Shown: positions 11,129 to 22,139, counted from the first letter of the stretch. The stretch: 32,565 nucleotides of DNA from Nemertoderma westbladi (GCA_032718475.1 JAUCBJ010007170.1:1-32565), one strand, 5' to 3'. Translations and numbers: made by a program. Notes: generated from the sequence alone by a model not told the origin.

Positions 11129-13878
11129 TTAGATTGCTGGTCTTGCTACCTTAAGTGGGGGGTTGTATGTATAGATTAGGTTAGCTTCCGTCGCTAGTAG
11201 TTCGGGTATGTTTGTGAATTGTTTTATGGTTGCGGTGCGTAGATTTTCTAAACCACAACCGTATATGTGCCTAGCTAGGAGTATGTCTTCGTGTGTTTTT
11301 CCGTCATTGGCTCGTGGGGGGTAGTGTCGTACGTTTGTTGTTGCGGTGTCCATTAAAGCGTTCGTGAAGTTTCTGTCTCGTTTGGCCTATGTAGTATAGA
11401 GTAGGGTGGCAGTGGCACCAGGCCAAGTAACATACAGTGTGGGACTTACATGTATAGTGTCCTTTTATCTTTTCACCCCATGGTGTCTGTTGTATGTTTG
11501 TGATAGTTTTGCATGTAAGGCAGCGGCTAGAGTTACATGGCTCATTAGTGGTATTATTTGTGTGTGTTTGCGATTGAGTTTTATTTTTGGTTAGTATTTG
11601 TCCTAGTGATATGGGGTTCTTCGTGACTACATTAATGTTGATGTCAAGATCGTAGTTTTTGGAGTATCTAAGTACAGTATTTTGGAACATGCCCTTCATC
11701 TGTTGGTTAGTGGATAGGTAAAATGTGGGTTTCGAGTTAGTGTCTTTAGGTCTAGTTTGGGGAGTCCAATGTCTAAGTTTGTTAAGGAGGTTCTGGGGGT
11801 ACTGCCTGAGTAGACATTCGCCAAGGAATTCGTCTCTGAGTTTGGTATAGTCGTTAGACTCGCTACATCTGCGGTGGATGCGTAGGAGTTGGCTACGAAT
11901 TACGGATAGTAGTAATTTCTTATCATGGAAGCTATTGTAGTGAATCGGGAGTTTATTGCTAGTTGGTTTTTTGTATAATGTAGTTGTTAGTGTTTCGTTG
12001 TTAATCTGTGTCAAGACGTCAAGGAATGGGGTGATGTGTGGGAGTATTCAATGGTGAATTGTATATCAGAGTTTTGGAATAAGTCGTTACAAGAGGAGTT
12101 AGTGATTTTCTGTATATTGTGAATGTCCTGTTCACTTAATATACGTTGTACTATACCATAGCTGTCGTCAACAAACCGTTTGTAGAATGGAATAGGGTAA
12201 GCTGTATTATCGTCTGAGGGGGTTATGTTTGGATCCGAGGTTGAGGTAGTTTCGTTAGTTATGGTTATATTAGGATCTGAGATAGATAGGATAGTTTCTG
12301 GAATATTGATGTTGGAATCTGGAGGTGTAAGGTTAGATATTGGGGTCGTTATTATTGGATCTGAGAAAACGAGGTTAGGTGTAGTGTTTGGTGCTAGTTT
12401 AGTTTTATAAGTTACTGAGGTAGTTATATTATTACAGACTGGGGTGGAAGGGGTAGGTTCCGGGGTAGTTCTGTTAGTTCCAGGGGTAGTTATGTTAGTT
12501 TCAGGGGTAATTATGTTAGTTTTGTTAGTTTCAGGGGTATTTATGTTAGTACCATAGGTACTTATGGTAGTTTCAGGGGTAGTTATGTTAGTTTCGTTAG
12601 TATCAGGGGTAGTTATGTTAGTTTCATGGGTACTTATGGTAGTTTCAGGGGTAGTTATGTTAGTTCCAGGGGTAGTTCTGTTAGTTCCAGGGGTAGTTAT
12701 GTTAGTTCCAGGGGTAGTTATGTTAGTTTCGTTAGTTTCAGGGGTAGTTATGTTACTTTCGTGGGTACTTGTGGTAGTTTCAGGGGTAGTTATGTTAGTT
12801 TTAGGGGTAGTTATGTTAGTTGCAGGGGTAGTTATGTTAATATCAGGAGTAGTTATGTTAGTTTCATGGGTAGTTAGGGTAGTTTTGGGGGTAGTTATGT
12901 TAGTTTCAGGGGTGGTTGTATTAGTTACAGGGGTAGTTATGGTAGTTCTGTGAGTTTCAGTGGTGTTTTTGATAGATTTTAGGGGAGTTATACTAGGATT
13001 ATATCTGGTCTTGTTAGTAGTGTTGGGATCAGTGGTTGTTGAGCTCGGGTTGGTAGGGGTGGTTAGATCCAGATCGGGTGTGTTAGTATCCAGATTAGTT
13101 GTGTTAGGGAGTCTGTTTGATACACTCGCGATTAGGTAGTTATTAATGGGGTTGTTCAGGATGTGGAGGAAGTGTATCTCTAATCTAGATATGGTTAGGC
13201 TAGCGTTGTTTTTCGAAAAACTGCTACCCATGGCTGCGCCTCGTAATTTAAGGTATAGTGTGTTATCAAAAGTGAAGTAGTTATGTTCAAGTATAAATCG
13301 GACGAGTAGTATAAAGTTATCTAATGAGATGATGAGTGTTTGTTGTGTGAAATGCGTGTCCTCGGAGAGTGCTTGTCGTAGTGCCCTACATCCTACATCA
13401 TGGGTAATGTTAGTTTACATGTCTACTACGTCCAGTGAAATCAGAGTGCAGTCGGGTCCAATATCTCTAGGGAGGGCTGATAGGAAGTCGTCTGTCCCTT
13501 TCAAGTTAGACTCCAGGCGAGTGACCGCGGGTTCTAGAAGGTCGTTAGCAAAGCGGGAAAGTGGGTGTAGAAGGGTGCCCATGGTGGCAACTATAGGTCT
13601 GCCCTTAGGTAAGAGTCTACCGTCGCCCCAGTTTATCCATAATTCCCTGTCCTTGTGGTCTTTAATAGTGCAGTAGAAGTACGCTATCTTAGGGTGTTTA
13701 GGTAGTAGTAGTTGCGATGGTGTAGTGTGTGTTTGGTGTCGATATTACAGGTTTGTAGTAGTGCGTCAAGTTGTGTTCTGTATTTATTAGTAGGGTCTTT
13801 AGTTAATGTAGTATAGGTGTTAGGATCTCTTAAAATACGTAAGCATTCATTTTTATAGTCATTGGTATCTAGGAGTAC
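11129..13878 (-). pseudogene. PLE RT/GIY-YIG ORF, disrupted
   Basis: Manual translation joins the track ORFs 13684-14052 (part), 12011-13231, 11304-12014 and 11129-11353. Frameshifts fall at ~13730 (AC run), ~12030 (C run) and ~11315 (C run). A TAA at 13415-13417 replaces Tyr in DVVDM(Y)TNI. Confidence 0.88.
12465..12950 (-). repeat. Coding 21-bp tandem repeat (ACTAACATAACTACCCCTGAA = TNITTPE) inside the PLE RT
   Basis: Repeated ggggtagttatgttagttt on the + strand; translates in the RT frame as TNITTP[E/G/D/K]. Confidence 0.92.
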
Positions 13879-14065
13879 CAACACCCCAGGGACGGAGACT
13901 AACAACAATGGAGCAACCACCAACGACCCAGGAGCACACACCAACTCAATGGACGCCAACAACAAACTAATCAGACAACTCAACAAATCTCTAAAAACAT
14001 CCCCTCGAGCCCTACCACCGAAAAGCGATGACGAAATAGTTGAAGCTCTCATCGCCGATTTTGCT

Positions 14066-14257
14066 CAGGGCAAAATGCCCTCAGGGCAAAATGCCCTCAG
14101 GGCAAAATGCCCTCAGGGCAAAATGCCCTCAGGGCAAAATGCCCTCAGGGCAAAATGCCCTCAGGGCAAAATGCCCTCAGGGCAAAATGCCCTCAGGGCA
14201 AAATGCCCTCCGGGCAAAATGCCCTCAGGGCAAAATGCCCTCAGGGCAAAACGCCCT
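14066..14257. repeat. 16-bp tandem repeat (CAGGGCAAAATGCCCT) x12, each unit an internal hairpin
   Basis: 192 bp = 12 units with only two substitutions. AGGGCA-aaa-TGCCCT is self-complementary. Confidence 0.97.
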
Positions 14258-14746
14258 GATGAATTTTGAAATGGCATGCTTTATTTATATGGCTTTGTAT
14301 GAAATTTATTTAATTGCGTCCAAGTTTTATTAATGTTTTGTCCTTGACAGTTGTGGGCTTCCGTAGCCATAGGCTGCATTGGTAATTCAGTATACAGGTA
14401 TACCAGTACTGCAGTACTGCAGTAGGGCCTATACTGCAACTGCATGTATCAGTGAAATTTCAGTATTATAGAATGGCCCCCGCTAGCGGTCCCTGAAGAT
14501 CTGATGTGCCAGTCCTTATTATAGTACAGTAGCCTAGTAGTCCTTGCCATCTACTGATCTAATGGAGATGGACGTTTGAAAATATGAAAAGCACTGTATA
14601 TTGCTTTATTGCTGTATTGTGATGTGTAAATAAATGGGATTTACTATTGATTTGCTGTTAATTGTCCCTCGTTCTACTGTTTTTGAAATCACTTTCATTT
14701 GTAACTTTGGAAGCTCCGACGCCCGCCATTATTTCAATTCAGCAAT

Positions 14747-15580
14747 ATGTATCTTAAAATATCCAATAATGTCGTTTCGTTCTTTTGGCCGCCGAGATCT
14801 GTTATACATTTCAACAGACATTTATCGAGGATGAACAACTACTCAACTTCTAATAATATTGCTACCGGTAAGGATTGCGGGGAAGAACGATGGTTGTCGT
14901 ACCATTCGCAACACTTTATCCCGATAACCTCTTCCCAACGAGGAGTCCTGACGCTGGCTGCGGGTGCTGTCGCAATCTCGCGACCCAAACAGAGCGACAA
15001 CGTGGCCACCCTGGGCGACGCGTCCTCGGGTCTGGCCCTTCCGGGAATCCGAGCCCGGATGTTATCCCACCCGGAGGGCGGACGAATCCTCTCGGATAAA
15101 CCCAGACTCACATCCGACGTGTTGGATTTGGATAAACTCATCGACTACCCGGCGAACAGTTTGGGTCGGTGTTACGCTACCTTTATGCGAGAGAACGGGA
15201 TCTCTGCAGACAGCAGGGCACCGGTTTGCTTCGTAGAAGACCCCCAACTGGCGTACGTGCTGCAGCGATATCGTGAGATGCACGACTTCAACCACTGTCT
15301 GCTCGCAATGCGAACCAACATGATGGGCGAGGTCACCGTTAAATGGTTCGAGGCCATACAGACAGGTCTACCGGTCTGTGTCTCCGCCGCCATACTGGGC
15401 CCTTTGAGACTCACCAGACGCGGTAAGCGACGGCTTGTCACTAGGAATTTACCGTGGGTTGTTCGTACGGCGTACCGCGCTAGTTTAACTCTCAACGTCT
15501 ATTGGGAGGAACGACTATCTCAGGATATAGACGAACTACGGCGTGAACTAAATATTACCCTACTAACTAACCGGTTATAA
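14747..15580 (+). CDS. COQ4: Ubiquinone biosynthesis protein COQ4 homolog, mitochondrial (single coding exon, 277 aa)
   Basis: Diagnostic YRE.HDxxH-x11-E motif (QRYREMHDFNHCLLAMRTNMMGEVTVKWFEAIQTGLP), plus HPEG.RIL.DKPR, SLG..Y..F, D.R.PV.FV.D..LAYV, LGP.RL and L.VYWE....QDI.ELR.ELNI. The basic/Ser-rich N-terminus fits a transit peptide. AATAAA at 15717-15722. Confidence 0.95.
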   Translation: MYLKISNNVVSFFWPPRSVIHFNRHLSRMNNYSTSNNIATGKDCGEERWLSYHSQHFIPITSSQRGVLTLAAGAVAISRPKQSDNVATLGDASSGLALPGIRARMLSHPEGGRILSDKPRLTSDVLDLDKLIDYPANSLGRCYATFMRENGISADSRAPVCFVEDPQLAYVLQRYREMHDFNHCLLAMRTNMMGEVTVKWFEAIQTGLPVCVSAAILGPLRLTRRGKRRLVTRNLPWVVRTAYRASLTLNVYWEERLSQDIDELRRELNITLLTNRL

Positions 15581-16705
15581 TATTCCGCTTGGTAAAACCA
15601 GCTAAATTATATGCAGAATATGTCGTGGTTTTTAATTTTAATTTACCTCTTTTTGGGAATTTTGCACTTTAACGGGTAGTTTGTACAAATTATTACAATA
15701 TTACTAATATTAGTTGAATAAAATATTTATTTAATGAATTACATTACAGGTAATTAATAAATATAATAAATAACAATATTTTATGCGATGTAAGATTCCG
15801 AATTTATTGTTTACCAATGCGGGTCTGGTAGATACCTATTTTCATTTTTTAGTCATATTTTGGATTATTTAAGAGAAAACAAACAACAATGGGAAACTTA
15901 TCACAAATCTCGTCGAATTAATATCTCGCCTTGAAGTTAAATTATCAATTCAGGAATTTCTGAAGTGGCCCGTAAGGGTGAAATTGGTGTCGGCAAAAAC
16001 TAATAGTTAATTTATCCATTCGTGGTTTAAGACAAATTAAACTCGACGTCGCATTTAAAGCTTTAACATAAATCACGCCATGTCGGGTGTTATTGCAGAT
16101 AATAAGGGGGGGGGGGGGGGGGGGGGGGGGACTTTCGACGCAAAATGAATTCATCCCTTTCCAGGGGAAATTCGATGGAAAACAACAGATGCTTTTGCTA
16201 CACCCAAAAATAAAACTTATAACTTGTTATATTGATGTTCGTTTATTGTTTTGGTTATAATAACGTTTTACTGTAACCTTCTCCTTTCCTTAAGTTGATA
16301 ATTTAACATTGGGGCGAAATATTTAATGCGCCGAGATGGGATTTGCGTCCAGCCCCCCCCCCCCCCCCCCCCCGTCTCATTATTCCACCATATTAGAAAA
16401 ATAACTTTATTCTTCAATTGTTACTTTTTCGCTCGAATACACATCAAAATCTGGAGAAAAAGGAATAGGCCTACAGTTGTAGTTTTGCATCGTTCTACTT
16501 TTTTCCGGCGAAAGAAGTAAAATAAATATTTTTGGTCGAATTTCTTAAATTTTATTAGATGTGTTGAAAGAGCATCGAAGTACAAAAGGTTTGCACGGAA
16601 TTTGAGCAAAATCCATGCAAGCACTCAAACGTTATTGCAACTTTAGTGTCTGTAAGACGATCGCCAAAACGGAATTCAATATCCAATATTGGTTTATGTA
16701 GTTAA

Positions 16706-17712
16706 CCCTTTGGTTACTAGGCCCTTTTTTAAATAGCCCCCCAGAACCTAAAAATTAAGCAAACTTTAAAACACATTTACGGCAATGCCAATCATCTAGA
16801 AGTTATGACACATTTTTAAAATGATTTGACTTTTATCTTAAAAGGTGTCATGATTGATATTCTTCATATTTTTTTAATTTAAAAAAATTAAATTTTTAAA
16901 AATTAATAAAAAAAATTTTAATTAAAAATTTTTTTTTAATTGAAAAAAAAAAATTTTTTGAAAATTAAAAAATGAAAAAATTTTTTATTTTTCTGAACTA
17001 TATCATATATATTATTATATTTCATGGTCTATTTATAGTATCGGTATAATCTATATGACTTATTTATGATAATCTGCAAAGCATTTATCAAGGCAGAGCC
17101 CTGGAGCCCTAAACTGTGAATGAATGATAAAAAATACAGTATAAATGAATAATTATTGTAATACTAAAATGCAATATAGCATCATTATTGCAGAATTACC
17201 ACAATAATCCACCAGGATGCTAGTACAGGAACAATCATCATACCCATTATTCTATTTACAAAATACAATTACGTAATTCACCAATATGAAGAATACCAGG
17301 TTTTCACTTTTCACTTTTCAGTCATGTATTTATTTATTTACAAAGTAGATTATTACAGTGGAAACTTGACAGGGAAATAAACTCTGATTGGTTGGAATTC
17401 TCAAGGGCTACTCTTTCAAACCTCTGCCATATCATACTGTACAAGGTACAATCAATCTGCTTTCAATAAGCAGCCTGCTTTCTCTGAAAAGGAGCTCATC
17501 ACTGATTGGTTGAATTCCAACCTCTAACTCAAACACCAGATCACTATTTTTTAACTAAAACGGATAGTATAGTGTCCTAAGCGATGGATAAACACTGCTA
17601 GAATAACCTAAACTTGAATCATCCCCATTGGCAGCAATTAACACCAGGACGTATATATACGTCCTTAGGACACTGTTGAGGACGTATATATACGTCCTTA
17701 GGGCTCAAAGGG
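16706..17712. mobile_element. piggyBac-like non-autonomous DNA transposon (~1 kb)
   Basis: Left end TTAA|CCCTTTG (16702-16712) and right end CAAAGGG|TTTTAA (17706-17718). Two subterminal copies of the 20-bp palindrome AGGACGTATATATACGTCCT (17646-17665, 17679-17698). AT-rich interior with no ORF. Confidence 0.65.
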
Positions 17713-18753
17713 TTTTAAGCGGCTCTCTAGTTACGTAATAAACATTCGAGAACACTAAATTATTTACCATTAAGTAAGGCAACATCAGGAGTTGAAGAGT
17801 GCAATAATTTTAATCGCAGTAACTATATATGGATGCAATATAGTTAAATACTGCAGTTCAATTTATTTTGTAACACTATATCGCTCTATCTTTTATTATT
17901 AAAGAATTAAGTAACATAAAAGTATCAATTAACGAATAAAATTACGTTTTCATTAACCTCGCTGTTGTCGCTCGGTAAATAAAATTCCCCGAAATAGTGA
18001 AAAACTTCTACTTTTTTTCCCAAGTAATAAATTATTATATTAACTTAAATATTAAACTAGAATTCCAGAAAGTCACACGAACATAAATAATTCTGCAGCG
18101 AAATTTGTGTCATTTCATATACATTATATTTACAACATTGTTAAACTAATCCGGGTACATGAATAAATTATTGCTGAAAGTATCAAAAATGTAGAAGTAG
18201 AAGTAACGTTACAGTATTGTTACAGGCAAGGTGACCGACCGCCTTGCCTGTTACGAAAATATAGTAAATGTCGCCATTACAGTAGTTACACCCTGGTTAA
18301 AATGTAACACAAAACAACTATTGTTTTCGTCACTTATTTTATTCTGTATTTTAGCATAAAAACACTTAAAAAATGATTTATTGCCAGGCGTGACCCTTGG
18401 GTTGGGTGTCCAGGGTCACAATGAGTGCCACAGTGTATATCGTTATGGTATGACGTTCTGCTATTGACGTAACGACGTAGGCACTAGGCCTTCTACTAAT
18501 GCACCAACAGTAACAGTAAAACTACAGTCTAAATATCAGTTTTGGCTTCGAAGTGATACGGATACAGTATGAGTCGATCATTATTGTCAACATCTTCTTA
18601 CGCCTTACCATTGTTGAAAGTAATTCGCATTCTGAAAGAAGATAATTATTGTGTTTAATTTAATATAGCAATTATTATAACCTGAAACAAACTACCGGCT
18701 TGTATTAGGTTGTAATGTTGAGGATAATTCAGCGGAAAGCTACTTATACAGTA

Positions 18754-20226
18754 TCTATCCCATCATAGTAGACATGTACCGTACAACAAGAGTCCCACAA
18801 GAAATGAAAACAAATAAGTTGGTGCCAGTTCCCAAGAAGGGCAACCTAACACTCTATGGTTCTTTTCGGGGAATCTCATTGATCTCGATTGCTGCAAAAC
18901 TATACAATAGAATTCTATTAAATCGCATCAGGGATCCCATTGAGAGACTGCTACGTGGAAATCAGAATGGGTTCCGTAAAGGTCGTGGGACCATGGAGCC
19001 CATTTTGGCACTTAGAAGGATACATAATTGAAGAGTTATCAAAAAAGAAAGACAGGCATCTGGCTGTTATCTTTGTTGACTTCTTCAAGGCCTTTGATTC
19101 AGTCTCTCGCTCACGTATGTTCAGCATACTTTCATTATATGGGATTCCTGATGAAATTATTGCAGCCATCAGATCAGTATACGATGGTTCGACAACATTT
19201 GTGTCTACTGTTGACGGTGACACAGAACCATTTGAAGTGTTATGGGGCGTCCTCCAAGGAGACACACTTGCACCATTCTTGTTCATTATTGTGGTTGACT
19301 ATGTTCTACGCATGTCCTTAGATCATTATAATGATGATGGGGTGATGATAACTCCACCTACTGGCTCCAGAAGTCGAGGAAATCCTGCCAAGTACCTAAC
19401 TGATCTAGACTTTGCTGATGACTTAGGAGTACTCTCAGAATCATTAGAGGGAGCCCAACGGCTCCTCAGCTCATTAGAACATGCTGCTTCTAGTGTTGGT
19501 CTTTTTATTAACTCCAGAAAGACCAAAATTCTGACAGTTAACTTTGAAAGTCCTCAGCAAGTCTGTGATCGGATGAGCATTAGCTCAAAGGATGGTATGC
19601 TTGAGCATGTGGACGACTTCTGTTACCTGGGATCATGGATCCGGAAGTCAGGTGAGGACCTTCGAATACGTAAGGGAAAGGCATGGGCAGCCTTGAATAG
19701 GCTTTCCAGGATTTGGAAGTCACCGAGAATTAATCGGAAACTTAAGGTCCGATTATTTAGAGCAGCAGTAGTTCCAGTACTCCTCTACGGGAGTCCATGC
19801 TGGGCTCTAACTGCTGAGGACACCAAATCTCTGGATGGCACATTCACAAGAATGCTACGCCGGGTTCATTGTGTCAAGTACAATGCACACATCTCCAACC
19901 AGACACTATATAACATTGGAGGTGTCTCATTGGTTCCCCCAAGCTTGACACTAGAACAAAATCGCCTCCGCTTTGCAGGACATTGCTTTCGCCGTGAGGA
20001 CCAGCCAGTGCATAATCTTGTACTTTGGCAGCCTCATGGAGTGAATAAGCATGGTGGACAGCCCATGACTTTCTTGAGACGCATCTTAAAGGACACTGGC
20101 CTTAAAGATGCGGATGATCTAGCAAATGTCATGGGTGATAGGGAGTTGTGGCGGTGCAATTTTGTTGACAAGCCGGCACAGCATTCTTAAAAATGCAGCT
20201 GCAATGCAGCATGCCGATCCTAGTAG
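18754..20226 (+). mobile_element. 5'-truncated RTE-group non-LTR retrotransposon with a 13-bp TSD
   Basis: TACTTATACAGTA flanks both ends (18741-18753 and 20227-20239). Very short 3' UTR ending in (TAG)n. RT motifs VPVPKKG, FRGISL, NQNGFR, FVDFFKAFDSV, GVLQGDTLAPFLF, DLDFADD, FCYLGS, PVLLYGS and RLRFAGHC. Confidence 0.92.
18774..20190 (+). pseudogene. RTE-type reverse transcriptase ORF, 5'-truncated (no endonuclease), one frameshift
   Basis: ORF 18774-19031 joins ORF 18940-20190 if a 4-bp insertion (ATAC, ~19020-19023) is removed, restoring LALRRIIEE. Confidence 0.88.
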
Positions 20227-20629
20227 TACTTATACAGTACAGTATTGAGTTAATGGGTAGGAGTAGGAGACAGGGGACGACTGAACATGAATAATAATAG
20301 AACATTGACACACATCCCTTCTCGTCTCGAGAAACTAAATAAATATCTCTAATATCCTAATCCTGTCTGGGCGAATTGAATGATGTTAGTTAATAAATAA
20401 TTAAGGGAAAAGAACAAGATACAGTGACACGTTGTACTTTACACAAAAAATAAACGAGACTCAATACAGGTAATTAGCTATTATTTAATTCGATGTTCCC
20501 GGATGGGGTTCAATTTTGATTGCGGCAAGAGTTAGATTTCTGATGGGTGGAGCGTTTTGTCACTTTTGTTAGTGTCTAATGCTAATCAAAACAATCCTAT
20601 CTATTATTTGTTCAAGAGGTCACATTGAG

Positions 20630-20880
20630 TCCGAGTGCATACAGAGCGCACTGCTTTCATAGTGTTTCGCGGCGCTGGTTCAAATTCGACTAAAAGCTGT
20701 AGAAATTTTTTGATACTGTTGTTGTGTCCCTAAGCAAGTAACTTCAGATGTGAGTGATTCAATCCCAACAGCTAGCTAGGGGTGTAAAGAAATGGTTGGA
20801 TAGTTATGGGGCGTTCACCCTTGGGAGTTAGTGTGGCACCATACCTGCCTTTTAGGTACGCTAAACAGCTAAGAGAGATG
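20630..20880 (+). mobile_element. Degenerate tRNA-derived SINE with a CORE-like domain
   Basis: B-box-like GGTTCAAATTC at ~20677, followed by GTTGTGTCCCTAAGCAAGTAACTT (~20721-20743), which resembles the CORE-SINE motif TGTGTCCTTGGGCAAG..ACTT. Boundaries are uncertain. Confidence 0.5.
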
Positions 20881-21895
20881 ATTCTTCGGGTTGCCACATT
20901 TATTTCGTGATCCACACGTTCACAGATCACTTTATCACTTGTACATACATTTTATTGCATATTAATTTTTACTCATAAATCTAAATGACAACACACGATA
21001 TTACATCTGTGCTAACATAATGTTTTTTTCAATATAACTTTACTGCTACTCTTCAAATAATTATTGAAGTTATCGGAGCCTACCCTAGTATGAGTGGAAA
21101 GGTCTGAAATTTTACTCTTCAACAGAACTATTGGGGACAAAGTTTGCTTCTTGTTCAAGCCAAATAATTATTTTTTACTCAAATCCTCAAGTAGACCTAA
21201 TTGACTAAAAACATTATGAATTACTGTAGTTAAAAAAGTCTTAATGATATTCAACTTTTCCACATTCTCTAATTTTTATCCTTGTAACAAAATTAATAAT
21301 TTAGTGTTTAATTTAACAAAGCAATGGAGGCCTACCAACGCATTATAAATACAACAGGAACCTTTCTACGTAATAAATAGCCTTACCGAGTATCTTCTTG
21401 GTAATTTAGGACATTCTTTAACCATTAACTGATGATCTTGTTTCTGTGGCAACGGAAATGGACCAACCAGAGATTTCCACGTGTCCGATGTAACTATAGG
21501 CACCGGGATGGACTTGGGATGATAACATTCCCGTCTAACGATACCTCCACCGCGGAAGGGCTGGAACTGCCGCGTGGGTATACTACCAGCATCTTTATCG
21601 CTGTCCTGGTTCCGGCGTTGAATCTGTTGTTTAAGCTTATCTGTTCCTGATCGCGCTATGTTTGCGTTGTAATACGACTTACGTGTTCCGTCTAGTTTAA
21701 TGTTTTCCCGTTTTCGGTTTGCAATGTTGCTATTTTCTCTCTTAAAAGAAAATAAGTTGTTATTATCAAATTACTTTATACTGTAGTTCTAATTATATTG
21801 TACAGTGTCAGTGGATGGACTTTGCTGTGTAGGATGTGTGTTTGTGTAGCAATGTAATGTAAGTGTAATTGTAATTGTAATGTAATGTAGTGTAA

Positions 21896-22139
21896 AAAAA
21901 AAAAAGCAAACAGTCGGCCGAAGCCGGAGGCGACCCGAAGGCTCCTCTTTCGATAGCTGCTACCCGAGGGTAGGGGTGGGCGCTACTCCTATCCCAAGAT
22001 TTGCTCCCAGTTATTTAACTGGTACTCATTTTATCGACCCCAGTGGATGAAAGGCTGAGTGGACCCTGGCGGGGCTGAACCTACAACCAATAGATTGCAG
22101 GCCCGGCGCTCAACCAACTGAGCTACCCCGCCCTCCATT
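21896..22139 (-). mobile_element. Full-length tRNA-derived SINE with a Nin/Deu-like central domain
   Basis: Minus strand: tRNA-like head GGGGTAGCTCAGTTGGTTGAGCG...GGTTCAGCCCC (A and B boxes), central ACTCAGCCTTTCATCCACTGGGGTCGATAAAATGAGTACCAG, a structured 3' region and a T-run. TGTAGTGTAA is duplicated at 21886-21895 and 22140-22149. Confidence 0.85.

Larger units (their letters stand above)
10460..14065 (-). mobile_element. Penelope-like retroelement (EN+ PLE; the Cys-rich linker suggests the Neptune group); defective, 5'-truncated and inverted copy
   Basis: Minus-strand motifs in PLE order: LDTNDY..L.D..TY..L..DPT, FYCTIKDHK, GRPIV, SLDVVDM*TNI, NYFTF, GAAMGS, YKRFVDD, FTIE..PFLDV, LYKKPT..IHYNSFH, SQLLRIHRRCS, CNSSRCLTC linker, and GIY-YIG (VCYLAWC..YYIGQT..ERFNGH). 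A hammerhead lies in the 3' end. The left boundary is approximate. Confidence 0.93.

Noticed and set aside
12225-12953. Plus-strand Val-rich, membrane-like ORFs
   Set aside because: These are antisense shadows of the TNITTPE repeat.
14252-14280. Second hammerhead (CTGATGA-ATTTT-GAAA)
   Set aside because: There is no credible stem II, no UH cleavage site and no stem I partner; likely chance at the end of the 16-bp array.
21490-21600. Minus-strand LINE RT fragment (MLVVYPRGSSSPSAVEVSLDGNVIIPSPS)
   Set aside because: It resembles the post-RT segment of L2 ORF2 but is too short and lacks diagnostic motifs.
22060-22135. Functional tRNA gene (Cys-like GCA)
   Set aside because: The anticodon and acceptor stems do not pair properly and the sequence continues into a SINE body; the second copy differs at the anticodon position.
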